Origin: Sphyrna mokarran | Taxonomy: Eukaryota | Reading direction: 5' to 3' | Assembly: GCA_024679065.1 (NCBI GenBank) | Contig: JAGIQG010000022.1 | Location: 17,918,001 to 17,982,000 of the forward strand | Length of the DNA: 64,000 bases | Shown here: piece after piece, positions 25,151 to 39,217 of the stretch | How the letters are laid out: each line of letters starts with the position of its first letter | How positions within the stretch are numbered: position 1 is the stretch's first letter | Translations under genes and position numbers: made by a program | The notes under the pieces: generated by a model | The model's input: the letters and a program-made list of their open reading frames with translations, nothing else | What the model was told of the DNA's origin: nothing | Database searches by the model: none

Positions 25151-26052
25151 TTTACTGGAGGCAGTGCAGGTTCATGGTATGCAAATGTCAGGAAAAGGCT
25201 GTCCTCTTCCCAACAAGGTCATCCTATCTTTTAACAGTGTTACTGTGTAGTGATGGCAACAAATCTATGCACAGCAATGTGATGATGGTCAATATTAGTT
25301 AAAATAACAAGTCAGCTCTTTTTTAATAGTGCCATTAGACCTTTTAAATGGCATTGCCGCTAGTGCATTGTTTCCATCAGGTACCATCAAATGTTAGCTT
25401 CACCAAGTGGAAGTTTAGACTTTCAGTAGCAACTTCTTGCCTCTCTAAAACCAAGTCAATCAAGATATAAAAAGTCTGAAATGAGAGTGTGGACATATTG
25501 TTGAACTTTAAGATAATATCTGCCACCATTATCCAAATATTTAATAATATTTGTCAAAGAGTGGGGTCTAAAAAGAAGCTTTGAATATATAGTGACATTA
25601 TTGTAATCTTCACTCTTAATTGGGAGTGAAGGCTTAGCAGTTTTGTTAGCCAGTATGCAGATTATTCTGACACAGTGGGCAGGATTTTATGGGATGCTGC
25701 AGTTCCCTCCCCACCTTATCAAAATGTTCGGGGATAATAGGTAACTGGCTGTCTTGACAACTGCCTTGCAGCAATTTAATGCTGGGAACAGCTTTAATTG
25801 CTTTAGAGCAAGACTTTCATCCCTTTTACACAAGGATGCTCCATCTTATCGGTCGGGCTGTTGGATGGATAGCAACTCCCTAATCCCAGTAACAGTGACT
25901 TCAGGGAGTCCAGATAATTCTGGAGTCATTGGTCTCCGAGATCAGGAAGAGTTGAGCGAGGGTGCAGGTTAAAAGATAGGATTACCTTATTGGGAAGAGG
26001 ACAGCCTTTTCCTGACATTTGCATACCATGAACCTGCACTGCCTCCAGTAAA
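25151..26052. repeat. 85-bp inverted duplication (25151-25235 vs 25968-26052)
   Basis: Reverse complements with 2 mismatches by manual alignment. Confidence 0.92.
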
Positions 26053-26253
26053 AAAAAACTGGTGACAACACGGTGCCTCTTAAGTGTCTCATTGGTTCAA
26101 GGATGCACTGCCCACCCAACACCTCTTCTGCTTCCCTGGAATTTCAAAACCAGTCACAGTGGGAGGATTGGTCACTGGAAGGCCAACCATTGGATTTTCT
26201 ATGCCTTCCCCTCGCTTTCATCGCCTCTAGCAGGGGATCATAAAATCCAACCC
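25678..26253. mobile_element. MITE-like element
   Basis: Terminal inverted repeats gggcaggattttatg ... cataaaatccaaccc around a GC-richer interior. Confidence 0.55.
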
Positions 26254-26824
26254 GTGTTTTTACGTCCTGATGGTAAATAGATGTTGGTTAGCAAATCTAT
26301 CAGTTCCTTGTTGTTTTTCCTTCTAGATGAAACATTTCACTTAGTTTTATTTTTTCTTCCTATTTTCTGTTACTTTATCATTATTCCTTTTTTTGTACGT
26401 ACTTGTTTTGCCACTTAGTGGTGAAAGCCCTTCAACTACATTGGTTTCGTTGTGTGAAACCACTGTTTGAATTAATAAAATTTACAATATGGCTAACTCT
26501 TGCAAATTCCAGATCTTGTTCTTTAACACTAAGAATTCCAAAATTGTTCTAATCATGGAAGAAAAACAATTGAGAAATGTTAAATTCCATGAAGAGCGAA
26601 GTGGATAATCCATTAGGACTGATTTTATTATGGATTAGTTCTTAGTTTTTAAACAGTTTGAAGAAAATTGGTAGACAGTGATAGTCCTACAATTTCAAAG
26701 ATCTGGCTAAGATATTTTGTTTGGATTGTTACTTTTGTGTTCTTTGCTGCTCTGTTACTTTTCATATAATGTTCAATTTAATTTCTTAAGCAAAGTTGGT
26801 AACATTTGCTTTTAAATCTTTTAG

Positions 26825-26896
26825 GCACGAGACGTTCGCACTAATGAAGTGGTGGCTATCAAGAAAATGTCATATAGTGGTAAACAATCGAATGAG
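26825..26896 (+). CDS. TAOK1: TAO kinase coding exon 2: ARDVRTNEVVAIKKMSYSGKQSNE
   Basis: Acceptor tcttttag, 72 nt, phase 0-0, contains the VAIK catalytic lysine, donor gtgtgt. Confidence 0.95.
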
Positions 26897-27840
26897 GTGT
26901 GTACATTCTAAAATATGCATGAAGAAAGGGGTGATTTTTGATGTGTATCGTCAGTTGCAATCAATGAAAAAATAAATGCATGGGCAAAAGGAACCTGTGA
27001 AGTCTGCAGAATTGTGAAGTTGATTATAAACATTTCTAAAAATTGTGGATACAAGTGAGGGTTTGTTACAAATCTGTTTTGTCAATTTGACTGGCAACAA
27101 TGCATCTGAATATCTGCATAAGTTTGAGCTCAGACTCCGTGCATAGGCCGCCATTGGAAAATGTTTTTAGACACGAATCTGGATAAAAATTGGATTATTT
27201 AGCTAAGTTTTTGAAGGATATATTCTGTATCCAAGTAAACTCTCCATTATTTGCATCATCAGTAAGACAACCTATTTGCACCTCTGTACATCATTCAGCT
27301 TTGCTTCATATCAGCTCAACTTACATTTACGCTTGACTATCTTTAGGCTTCACTGCTCCAAGTAGGCAAATTACTCCATGGCCTTGATTTGTGTTAGTGC
27401 CTGATCAATTGCTTTTTTTAAACCAATCTTTCGGACAGTATCTAACTTATGTAGCACCACAACTGGATGCCTTGGCTAAAATAAGCTCAGTTTCTGCTGA
27501 AAATGAGAGCACAAACTACATAGTTAGGTACCTAATTGAGTGCATGGAAGTGAGATTTTGGCACAGCCTCCAAAAAGCTGGCAGAGGAAGGGAACAGAGT
27601 TGAATGTGCTCTTTGTCCAAGTTACAGCCCTGTAATTGATTCAGGTATAAACGTGTTACTTTTCCCCTAGAACTGTTGCATGTTGTTGCATAAAATTTAA
27701 GATCATATTTATTAAGTAAATAATTTGTTTGAAAAGCTAACTCTAGGTAAAAGTGTAATAGTTTGGCTCAGCCATTTTACACCGTGGCAGAATGAAGTTT
27801 TAAAAATGTTGAAACAAAGAGCACTCGTGGCTAAAGGAGT

Positions 27841-29498
27841 ACATAGAACATAGAACATAGAACAATACAGCACAGAACAGGCCCTTCGGCCTTCGATGTT
27901 GTGCCGACCAAAATAAAAAGCAATGCCCCTCCTAACTAAACCATTCCCTTCTCATCCATATACTTATCAACTAACCTCTTAAACGCCACCAAACTTGGCG
28001 CATCTACAACAGCTGCAGGCAGGGCATTCCACTCCCTAATCACTCTTTGAGTAAAGAACCTACCTCTGATATCCGTCCTATAACTCATACCCCTTAATTT
28101 AAAGCTGTGTCCCCTCGTGCTAGCTTTCTCCATCCTAGGAAAAAGGCTATCACTGTCCACCCTATCTAAACCTCTAATCATCTTATATGCTTCAATAAGA
28201 TCCCCTCTTAGCCGCCTCCTTTCTAACGAAAACAACCTCAAATCCTTCAACCTCTCTTCATAGGACCTGCCCTCCATACCAGGCAACATCCTGGTAAACC
28301 TCCTCTGTACCCTCTCCAATGCCTCCACATCTTTCTTATAATGTGGGGACCAGAACTGCACACAATACTCCAAGTGCGGCCGCACTAGAGTTTTGTACAG
28401 TTGCAACATGATGCTGCGGCTCCTAAATTCAATCCCCCTACCAATAAAAGCTAAGACTCCATATGCCTTCTTAACAACTTTATCCACTTGACTGCCTACT
28501 TTCAGGATCTATTGACACATACACCAAGATCCTTCTGTTCCTCAACACTATTAAGAGCCCTACCATTAGCCCTATACTCTACACATTTATTGTTCCTGCC
28601 AAAGTGCATTACCTCACACTTTTCCACATTAAACTCCATTTGCCACCTCTCGGCCCAGCTCTGCAACTTGTCCAAGTCACTCTGTAAACTAAAACACCCC
28701 TCTTCACTATCTACCACACCACCAACTTTAGTATCATCTGCAAATTTACTGATCCATCCCTCAATACCCTCATCCAGATCATTTATAAAAATTACAAACA
28801 GCAGGGGCCCCAAAACAGACCCCTGAGGCACACCACTCGTCACCGAACTCCACGATGAATATCTCCCATCAACCACCACCCTCTGTCTTCTATCTGCCAG
28901 CCAATTCCTAATCCAATTAGCTAAATCACCCTCTATTCCACACATCTGCATTTTCTGTAGAAGTCTTCCATGGGCCACCTTATCAAAAGCCTTACTAAAG
29001 TCCATATATACTACATCAACCGCCTTACCCCCATCCACCTCTCTGGTCACTTTCTCAAAAAACTCAATGAGGTTAGTAAGGCATGACCTACCCTTCACGA
29101 AACCATGCTGACTATCCCCAATCAATTCATTTCTCTCTAAATAACTATAAATCCTATCCCTAATAATTCTCTCCAATACCTTGCCCACAACAGAAGTAAG
29201 ACTCACTGGCCTATAATTCCCTGGAAGGTCTCTCTTCCCCTTCTTAAACAATGGGACCACATTCGCTATCCTCCAGTCCTCCGGAACCACACCCGTAACC
29301 AACGAGGACCTGAAGATCAGAGCCAGAGGCTCTGCAATCTCCTCTCTTGCCTCCCAGAGAATCCTAGGGTAAATCCCGTCCGGCCCAGGGGACTTATCCA
29401 ACTTCAAACCCTCGAGAATTTCTAACACATCCTCCCTATCTACTACAATACTCCCCAATTTGCAACCCTGTACCTCAGTGCTCTCCACAGCTACATTT
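27841..29498 (-). mobile_element. Young CR1-type LINE, copy C, 5'-truncated
   Basis: ORFs 28502..29548 and 27936..28487 separated by a 1-bp deletion near 28505. Tail (catagaa)3. Confidence 0.96.
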
Positions 29499-30198
29499 CC
29501 AGCACTCTGCATAGTTGGTGGTGATGTTTCAAAAGCAACTTGCAACATATATGCGGTTATGTTAATAGCAGAGCTGGAAGATCTGTATAAAGGAGATGAA
29601 AGACTAAGAGGAAAAAAAGTGAAACAAAAGGAGGCATTTCTAAAATTTCAGAAAATATTGCCACATTGATCGATCTTTAAGTTGAATGAGATCAGCTTTT
29701 TATAAAAATAAAATGCACAAGTTTTACTACTTTTTAACTTGGGTTTTAACTCAAATTAATAGAGTAATGCAACTTCAAAACTTAGCTAAGGCCTTCTAAT
29801 AGTGCTGTCTGTTCATGATTTATAGTTGAATCCAATAATACATCAAAAATTACTTGATTAGATCAACCAAAGTTAACAGTGCATAGACTTGACACAATCA
29901 GTGTATCTTTATCAGCAGATATGCTAACTACTACCCCCTCATGCACAAGTTACCAGTGATATATGGGCATGATTTTATTTTAAGGTAAGATACAAATTCA
30001 AACCACCTGTTTATAACTGCCTCTTCCTGCAACACTTATGTTAATATTCATAATAAGATTATCCTCCTTTTTGGGAAGGCAATGGCATAACAGTATTGTT
30101 GCTGGACTAGTAATCCAGAGAACCGGGTTCAAATTCCACAATAGCAAATGGTGAAATTTGAATTCAGTAAAAATCTGGAGTTAAAAGCGCAATGATGA

Positions 30199-31550
30199 TA
30201 GATTCAAGCTAAACGTTGAATCTGTCATCAAAGCAAAAATAACGAGGCACCTGGATACAAACCGTTTGATCAAGCAGACGCGGCACGGATTCGTTAAGGG
30301 GAAGTCGTGCTTGACGAATTTATTGGCGTTCTATGAAGAAGTGACTAGTGCGGTAGACAGAGGGGAACCGGTGGATGTGGTGTTTTTGGATTACCAAAAG
30401 GTGTTTGATAAGGTGCCTCACAAAAGATTGCTGCAGAAGGTTAGAGTGCAGGGATTGAGGGTAGGGTGTTAGACTGGATAGAGGATTGGTTGCCTGATAG
30501 GAAGCAGAGTGTAGGTATTAATGGGTGCTATTCTGATTGGCAGCTGGTGACTAGTGGAGTGCCCCAGGGATCGGTGCTGGGGCTTCAATTATTTGCCATT
30601 TACATAGATGATCTGGAGGAAGGGGCAGAGTGCAGGGTGATGAAATTTGCTGATGACACGATGAGTGGAAATTGCATGGAGGGTGTGGAAAGCCTGCAGA
30701 GGACCTCGATAGGTTGAGTGAGTGGGCGAGGACCTGGCACATGGAGTATAATGTTAGCAAGTGTGAGGTTATCCACTTTGGTAGGAATAACGATAGGAAG
30801 GATTATTATTTAAATGGCGAAAAGCTGCAGCATGTGACGGTGCAGAGGGACCTGGGGGTCCTTGTGCACGAATTGCAAAAACATAGTCAGCAGGTGATCA
30901 AGAAGGCAAATGCAATGTTGGCCTTTATAGCTAGGGGGATAGAATATAGAAGTAGGGAGGTGCTTTTGCAGTTAGTGACGCCGCAGTTAGAGTACTGTGT
31001 GCAGTTTTGGTTGCCACGTTTGAGGAAGGATATATTGGCCTTGGAGGGGGTGCAGAGAAAATTCACTAAGCTGATATCGGAGATGAGAGCATTGGATTAT
31101 GAAGAGAGACTGAATAGGCTAGGTTTGTACTCATTGGAGTTTAGAAGGCTGAGAGGGAATCTTATAGAGACATATAAGATAATGAAGGGGATGGATAGGG
31201 TAGAGGTTGAGACTCTTCCCGCTTAGCAAAGATAGCAGGACTAGAGGGCACAGCCTCAAAATAAGGGCGGGGCGGGGGGTTCAGATCAGAGTTGAGGAGG
31301 GAATTTCTTCTCTCAAAGGGTGGTGAATCTTTGAAATTCTCTGCCTGTCGAAGTGGTGGAGGCTTCCTCTCTGAATATATTTAAGTCAAGGGTGGATAGG
31401 TTTTTGATTGACAAGGGAATTAAGGGTTACAGGGAGAAAGCGGGAAAGGGGAACTGAACCACTGCAGATCAGCCTTGATCTTATTGAATGGCGGGGCAGG
31501 CTCGAGGGCTGGATTGCCTACTCCTGCTCCTATTTCTTATGTTCTTATGA
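30199..31550 (+). mobile_element. CR1-type LINE of a second subfamily, copy D, inserted into a tRNA-headed SINE
   Basis: RT ORFs 30266, 30466, 30672. Tail ttcttatgttcttatg. atgatga at 30192-30198 and 31547-31553. SINE halves at ~30075-30198 and ~31547-31720. Confidence 0.93.
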
Positions 31551-32928
31551 TGACCATGAGACCATTGTGAATTGTCATTAACCATCTGGTTGTGTAATGT
31601 TGAAGGAATGTTATTGTCTTTACCTGATCTCACCTATCCGGTTGACTCTTAAATATCGTTAGAGATGGGCAATAAGTGCTCGTTCAGTGACGGTCACATC
31701 CAATGAATGAATTAAAGAAATATATACTTTGCCTGAAGCTAGGCCCTTGGCTCATTGTCTGCCAGTGTTTCATCCAGAGCACTTTTTCTTTTGTTGGTGG
31801 TGGCGTGCCATGCTTTCCACTCTGATGGACAGAGTGAGAAGATGGGTCCCAAGTCTACTTCGGCCAAAGTGAAAATCGACTAACTGTTGGCTTAATCTGA
31901 ATCGCTCACTAGCTTTCCAGCCAACAGAGCTAACAGCCCCAATGGATTATGTATCAGAATAATTAAACAAACATTTTATGATTAGGGAAAACATTTTTGA
32001 AATGGTTGATGAATAAATTGAATCAATCTCTGGATACTTTTTAAAAAGTCACCCATTTTTCTTTATAAACGGCATTTCTAACATGGTTTTAAATTATATA
32101 ACAAAAAATTACATATTTTGCAATTCTTTTATTTAATAATTGCTTTTATGCTTGCTTCAATACTTCAAATATTTCCCAAAATTATGGACTAGGGAATCCC
32201 AAAGTCATCCTTGGACATATAATTAATAAAAGGGTTCGCAAAGAAAGAAAGAGTAGGGTCAATACGCGATATAAAAGCGAATCTCGTATGACGGCAGGAG
32301 ATATAGCAGAGATAGTAAATGAATTTCGTTTTTAGTCATTCATGAGACATGATAGTCACTGCGCAATAAGTGCTGGCCATTCTTGTTGCCCTTGAAGGAC
32401 AATTGAATGTCAACCACATTGCCGTGGATCTGGACTTGCATGTAAGCCAGACCAGGGTAGGATGGCAAATTTCCATACCTAAAGGACTTAGTAGTGAAGT
32501 AGACAGGTTGTTCTGACAATCAACAATGGTTTCATGGTCATTAGTAGTTTCTCAGTTCTGAATATTTCTACCACTTTGCATCTGTCGTTGCAAAGCTGCT
32601 GAGGTCAGAGGGGAGGTGACTGGTAAACTAGGAACATATACAATTAAGGAGGAGGAAGTGTGAGAAAGGCTCCATTTACTTAAAATAGATAAGGAACCAC
32701 TACTGAATGGGATCTTTCCAAGGCTACTGAGTGAAGTGTCTGTGTGGAAATTGCTTAGGGACTAATGATGATCTTCCAGTCTTCCTTAAGATGGTGCCGG
32801 AGGACTGATAAAGGAGTGCATGGACCAAGCCGGCAACCATTGACTTGTCACTTTGATTTCAGTGGTGTGGTACAGAAACCTCTGCAAAGTATAGTTCGGG
32901 ACAAAATCAATACTCACTAAGCAGAGAG

Positions 32929-33234
32929 ATCATAGAAACCCTATAGTGCAGAAAGATGCCATTTGGCCTATTGAGTCTGCACTGACCATAATCCTACCCA
33001 GGCCCTACCCCCACATCCCTACACTTAGATCTACTAATCCCTCTAACCTATGCGTCTCAGGACACTAAGGGGCAATTTTAGCATGGCCAGTCACCTAACC
33101 CGCACATCTTTGGAAAGAAACTGGAGTATGCAGACACAGGGAGAATGTGCAAACCCTACACAGACAGTGACACAAGCTCGGAATCAAACGCAGGTCCCTG
33201 GCTCTGTGAAGCAGCAGTGCTAACTACTGTGCCA
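32929..33234 (-). mobile_element. HE1-like SINE
   Basis: catagaaaccctatagtgcagaa...aattttagcatggcc...gcagcagtgctaactactgtgcca. Embedded in old CR1 fragments (~32130-33950). Confidence 0.8.
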
Positions 33235-33957
33235 TCTAAGATAATTCTTTCTTGCCCAAGATGGCAAAAAAAAGCAGATTATTATCTATCTATTAATTGA
33301 GAGGGGAATGTGCAATGAGATCTGCAGGCAACATGATACTACATCCCCAAGGGAACCAAGTCTCAAGAAGGAGAGTAATCCAGAAGCCTCAAGAGGGAAG
33401 CCCCAAAAGAGGACCTACTCCCCATCCAACGTACCCTCCACCTGATCCAGATAAACAAATTGCTACTGTCCTAAACAACTCAGTTGAGCTAAATTAAGGT
33501 TAATGATGCACTAGAAAATGGGCCAAATGGCCAAGAAATGCTTATTTTTCAAATCGGAGAAAGATTTGTTGTGGAGTTCCCATGGAGCCATATTTGGAAA
33601 GATTTCTCTTTCTGATATATTAATAACCTTGATTATGGTGTTCAGGTCACGCTGTTGAAATTTGCAGATGATACGAGATTGGAAAGGGGAATAGTATTGA
33701 ATTTCAAAAGGACATGTTGGTGGATTTGAATAATGATGAAGTTCAACGCAGAAGTGTGATGTTTGTTTTGGCAAGAAGAAGAATATGGGGTGACAAAACA
33801 TGAAATAAAGGGAAAAACTCTAAAGGTGGTGCAGGAAAAGCGTTTTGGTGGATAAGTGCAGAAGTCATTAAAAATGACAGGACATATTGAGATCAGTTAA
33901 TAAAACATATGGTCTATCAATAGATGTATTAAGCACAAGACTAAGACTAGGTACGAT

Positions 33958-34285
33958 GGGCAGCAGGGTAGTGCAATGGTTAGCACTGCTCCTTCAGCAC
34001 CAGGGACCTGGGGTCAGTTCTGTTTGGAGTTCATATGTTCTCCACGCCTCTCCCAGGGTTTCCTCTGGATGCTCAGGTTTCCTCCCACAATCCAAAGATG
34101 TGGAGGCGAGATGGATTAGCCAAGCTAAATTGCCCTTTAGTGCCCCAAGTTATGTAGGTTGGGTGGATTAGCCATGGTAATTATGTGGGGTTACGAGTTG
34201 GGGTGAAGGAGAAAGCCTGGGTAAGATATTCTGTCAGAAAGTTGATGTAGACTTAATGGGCCAAGTGGCCCCTTTCTGCACTGTG
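33958..34285 (+). mobile_element. HE1-like SINE
   Basis: gggcagcagggtagtgcaatggttagcactgct...ggtttcctcccacaatccaaagatgtg...ttctgcactgt. Confidence 0.8.
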
Positions 34286-35839
34286 ATGTACTTACCAGTG
34301 CAGTTTAAAAAAAAAATGCATTTTTATAGTAAATAAAGTAGGTATATAGACCACCAGACATCTTAAAGCACTTTACTATAGTGATCTCTGCCAATGGTGG
34401 CACATCATATTCCCCAGAATGCAGTAGTAAGACTTAACCTGATCAAATTAGATGTTTTTTCCCTTTTGCCAGCAAATTTGCCTTTTCAACATTACTTGGG
34501 GAAAAAAGCTCGATGACAAAGTTCAGAAATTGAAATTTTTGATATTTCAAAAATTGAAATGGTTTTAAAAAAATGACCAGATTAGCAGTGAAAGTATGAA
34601 TTAATAAATATGTTACATTACTTATTCAGTCATTGTAAATCAAAACTCTGATGCTAAACTTTGTGTCATGAACTCCCATGTTGTTGTATTACAGCCTATC
34701 TTCTGACTTGCCAGAAGTAAAGGAAATGTATAAATATGAAAGGAAAACTATTGACTTAAGCTATGTTTAAATAGAGAATGTGTGGTCAGAAGCTAGGAAG
34801 CATTTCATTCTTTGCATGCATGAATATTTAGAACTTTTTTTCTTATCTATTAATTCTCCAACAGTGAAATTTTTGATATTGAAAAATGTTGAGCAGTGGG
34901 TGGCTTAAGATGCTGGTCAAGTTATTTTACAGTGCAGTGATCTTTTACTTACCAAAAAGAGCTGTGTCAGGACATCTTAATTTTTTAATGGTTAGACTGC
35001 TGACAATTTTGGGAAATTTCAGACTTAGCTGCGTATATTTCAGTTCACACAATGCATAAAACTAAAGTAGATAACACTGGCCTAGAATTTGAGAGGTTTG
35101 TGGCAGTGAACTGTCAGAGCCAAATATCAGTCAAAATCACCCTTGCTCTTGTATTGCTGTTACAATCCCATAGAAAGTGAAATCTTGCTCAGTGAAGTTC
35201 AACTGGGTTTCTAAATGGTGAGCTGAATAATAGCTGCTGCATCTGGTCTTGAAGTAATCTTATATTTGTAGAATGTTAGATTTCTCATCTCTCAATTAAA
35301 CAGTAGATTTTTAAAACTACAATGTAAGTGTTGTTGATCATTCTACTGTAACTCCATGCATATGCCCCAATCTTCATTTCGTCCCTTCAATTCTTGAAGT
35401 GATTTGATTATTGATGCTTTGCATTTCCTGTTGGCTGTCTGTGATAATTCTTTAATGCATTCTGTTTCAACATCTTGATATCACAAAAGCTTGATGCTAG
35501 AAATTTTCATTAAACAATGCTGTAATTATTGTCCATTAACAGAGGTTAAAGTTCTTTTCCCATAAATTGCTAGATTTTTCAGCATAATTTTCTTTGAGTT
35601 CAGTAACATCCTTGCTTTGTTGATGACCACAAAGTTCAGGTAAATATTGTATACTTGTTTTTATATGGAGTTTAGTCTAATTTCAAAATGCTACATTTGA
35701 ATTGCTTCCTGATATCTCAGGCTGTGCTTTATTATTGCAACATCAAACTTAATTGTCAAAAAATATTTTGTTTCTACAACCTTTGGCCATACTTGCATCT
35801 GTTTTTGTTTGCAAATCTAGCCATTTAACTTTTAAGAAT

Positions 35840-36450
35840 TCATGTCACTGAATCCCACCTCTTTCACTTATTCCCATCTCTGTAACATTGCTCAACTTCT
35901 GCCTTGTCTAAGCTCATCCATGCCTTTGTTATCGAGACTCGATTATTCCAATGTATTCTGGTTGGTCTTCCACATTCCAGCCCCTGTAAAATTAAGGTCA
36001 TCTGCTACCCGTGTCTTAAATTGTAGGAAGCCCACTCTCCTTTCATCCCTGTGGTTGCTAATCTATATTGCTTCCCAGTCGAGCAACGTCTTCTAAAATA
36101 TTCACCCTTGATTTCAAATCCTCCATGGCTGTGCCCTTCCTTACCGACTGACAACGCCCTGATTTATTTGCATTTTTATAATTCTGATCTCATTTGTGTA
36201 TTCTCAACCATAATTGTCATGTCTTTTGTTGTCTCAGTCCCAAAACACAGAATTCCCCCTCTACACCTCTTCGATCTTTCTACTTTGCTTTCCTCCTCTT
36301 TAATAATTCTTAACCTTCCGCTTTGGCCAAACATTTGGGCATCTGACCTAACATCATCATCTGTGGTTAGATTTGATACTTACAATATTCCTTTGAAGTG
36401 CCTTAGGGCATTCTGTCGCATTGAAGACATTGGATAGATAAGTACAAGTT
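35840..36450 (+). mobile_element. Old L2-type LINE 3' fragment
   Basis: SRLDYSN motif in ORF 35842..36096 and tail gtgccttagggcattctg...agataagtacaagttgtt. Confidence 0.6.
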
Positions 36451-37391
36451 GTTAACTTTTTAACATAGATTTTACCATATACTTTACAGATGGGAAACAA
36501 TTTAAATAAATTAGCTGGGTTTTGAAAAGGTTTTTAACCAGGAGTTATAATTTTACAATAGAGAAGCTCTAATATAAAAAGTTGACATTTTTTTCCCTCC
36601 TTGGATGCACAGTTAAAATCACTAAATCAACAAAATGCAGGCTAGTGCAGAAAGAAATCTCAGTAGAACTAAGATTTCCTAACAGCTGTGGAAGGAATGT
36701 ATCAAATGAATTATAGCATGCTTTTTATTTCTATTTTCATGCCAAAAATTAGATCATAAGCAGAAAGTGTCTATACTTTACTCGAGTACCTTAGATTGAG
36801 CATATTAGTACCAATATTAAGCCAAATTCAATCTGACCACTATTATGGCTAGCTGATCATAGTTCCCTTGAAATGACTGATGTAAATGGATGATTCTTGC
36901 ATGTTAAACTTTAGAAATACAAGACATAGCTATAATGCAGAACTCTAAACTGAGAAATTACAAGATATGCATGGACAAGTAAATTGTCCAAATTGTGCAC
37001 ATCCATAATTGAATTGTAACATCCTTAAATATTGTTATTTAGTCCAAATACTTTTAGATTGAAGTGTTCTCATGCAGTAGTTAACTGTCATGGAAAGGTA
37101 CACGTTGGTTTTTATTTTTGAGTAATTAGCAACACTGATTCTTACCAAAGGAAACCATTGTTGCTCAAGTACAACTGATGAACAAAATTCTGTGCATCTG
37201 GGATAGTTGCTTTTCAAATACAATAGTGGGATTCTTTCCTGAATTACTGTGGTATCCTTTGAGTCATAACCCTTACATCAGAATTTACAATTTATGCCAA
37301 ATTATTGCACATGATCTGACAATAGACTTAATGGCTCTGCAGGAGCAACATCAACACATTGCTGAAAATGGTTAGGAGAAAATTATCTGCA

Positions 37392-37662
37392 TGTGGCACA
37401 TGGTTAGCACTGTGTCTCCTGACACCAGGGACCAGGGTTTGGTTCCAGCCTTGGGAGACTATGTGGAGTTTGTATATTCTCCTTGTGTCTGTGTGGGTTT
37501 CCTCCAAATGCTCCGGTTTTCTCCACAGTACAAACATGTGCGGATTAGGTTAATTGGCCATGCTAAATTGCACCTTAATGTCAGGGGGCTAGCAGAGTAA
37601 ATATATGGAGTTAAAGGGATAGGGTGTGGGTGACTTCCTTCGCGCCGTAGGTATTCTGTGAT
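37392..37662 (+). mobile_element. HE1-like SINE
   Basis: gtggcacatggttagcactg...gtgggtttcctcc...ttggccatgctaaattg. Confidence 0.8.
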
Positions 37663-38659
37663 CTTTCTTGCAATTCACGCATGCTGATTTCTGTGATTTT
37701 GAACTCCATTGTCATAAGTATTGTTACCTAAATCTACTTGGAATAATTAACAGCTTTAAGAACCTTTTGGAGATTATCATTAAATATTGAAGTGCAATAT
37801 TCAGAAAAACATAGTTTCATGGTATCAGGGTTGTGAAATTCTGGTCCTGCACTTCATTTATATTATAACTCACCTTAACAGCAAACATCATCTCAAAGGC
37901 AATGCTGCAATAACATTACTCTATTAAAAAGTGAGTGATTTTTAAAATATTTCAGATTGGATTACAAGTGTGGGGCTTTATCATTTGCTTTATTTGATCT
38001 GGTTTCCACAATTTCTAAATAAAGTAGGAGATAACATTTGAAATGGTATCAATAGGAGTTAAACTTGCACATCGAATATAGTCTGTTAACTATAGCTATC
38101 TATAAAAGGTATTGTATCTAATAGATCATTATTCTGAGGTGCATCAAGGTTTATGTAGCACTTGAATGCTATTGGTAAACATATTATGTTCAGTCAAAAA
38201 CAACAAACCACAGCTGGATGAATGGATTAATAAGAAACAAAGAGCAAGCAAGTGCAAACAGTATATAAGAAACAAGCAGCGGTTGCAATCAGCAAGGAGA
38301 AGGGGAAATCAATGAAGAACATACCCAAGTATTTTTGTTCTTTTCAGCTGCTGTCTTGTTTCGTGGTCATATAGTACTAAAAATATTTGTTGTATCAGCA
38401 GTTGAAATAAATGTTAAATTGTCAAATAATCTTTAATTGTAAAGTTGTTCATGGTATCTTGGAAATTGATCCAGTACATTTAGGCATCATAGGCCTACTT
38501 TGTATTCAGGGCCTTGAACTTCAGTTTTGAGCACACTTGGACCTTATTTTGCTGAGCTTGTGTGGAAGACCAAGCTTTGTAGCAAGAAAGTTGAAGTGCC
38601 TGACCTAATGTGCTTTAGCTTCAGGCCTCTGCTTGTGAAATTTCAGTGCCTTTTAAATA

Positions 38660-39114
38660 TTTTTACAAGGATGTTGCCTGGATTGGGAGGCATACCTTAT
38701 GAAGACAGGTCGAGGGAGCTGGGACTGTTCTCCCTGGAGAGATGAAGGTTGAGAGGCGACCTGATAGAGGTTTACAAGATGTTGAGAGGAATAGATAGGG
38801 TGGACTCTGAGACTATTTCCTAGGGCTGAAATGGTCGCGACGAGAGGGCACAGATTTAAGGTGCGGGGAAGCAAGTACAGAGGGGATGCTAGGGGAAAGT
38901 TTTTCACTCAGAGGGTGGTGAGTGAATGGAATCGGCTGCCGTCGGTGGTGGTCGAGGCGAACTCGCTGGGGTCTTTTAAAAGACTTCTGGATGAGTATAT
39001 GGGATCCAATGGGATTGGGGGTTATAGATAGGTCTATGGCTGGGTAGGTTTTGATGTGTTCGGCACAACTTGTGGGCCGAAGGGCCTGTTTGTGCTGTAG
39101 TGTTCTATGTTCTA
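38660..39114 (+). mobile_element. CR1-type LINE 3' fragment, copy E
   Basis: FTRMLPGL...FSLER and TRGHRFKV...FFTQRVVSEWNRLP. Tail tgttctatgttctat. Confidence 0.92.
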
Positions 39115-39217
39115 TCAACCCTTCAATTGGTTGTTGGCTGGCTATTAAAAATGGTCAGTGTATCTGACGGAGATTCATGCCTGTTGCTCAGCATCTGTGA
39201 GCAATGTCATGAGATCT

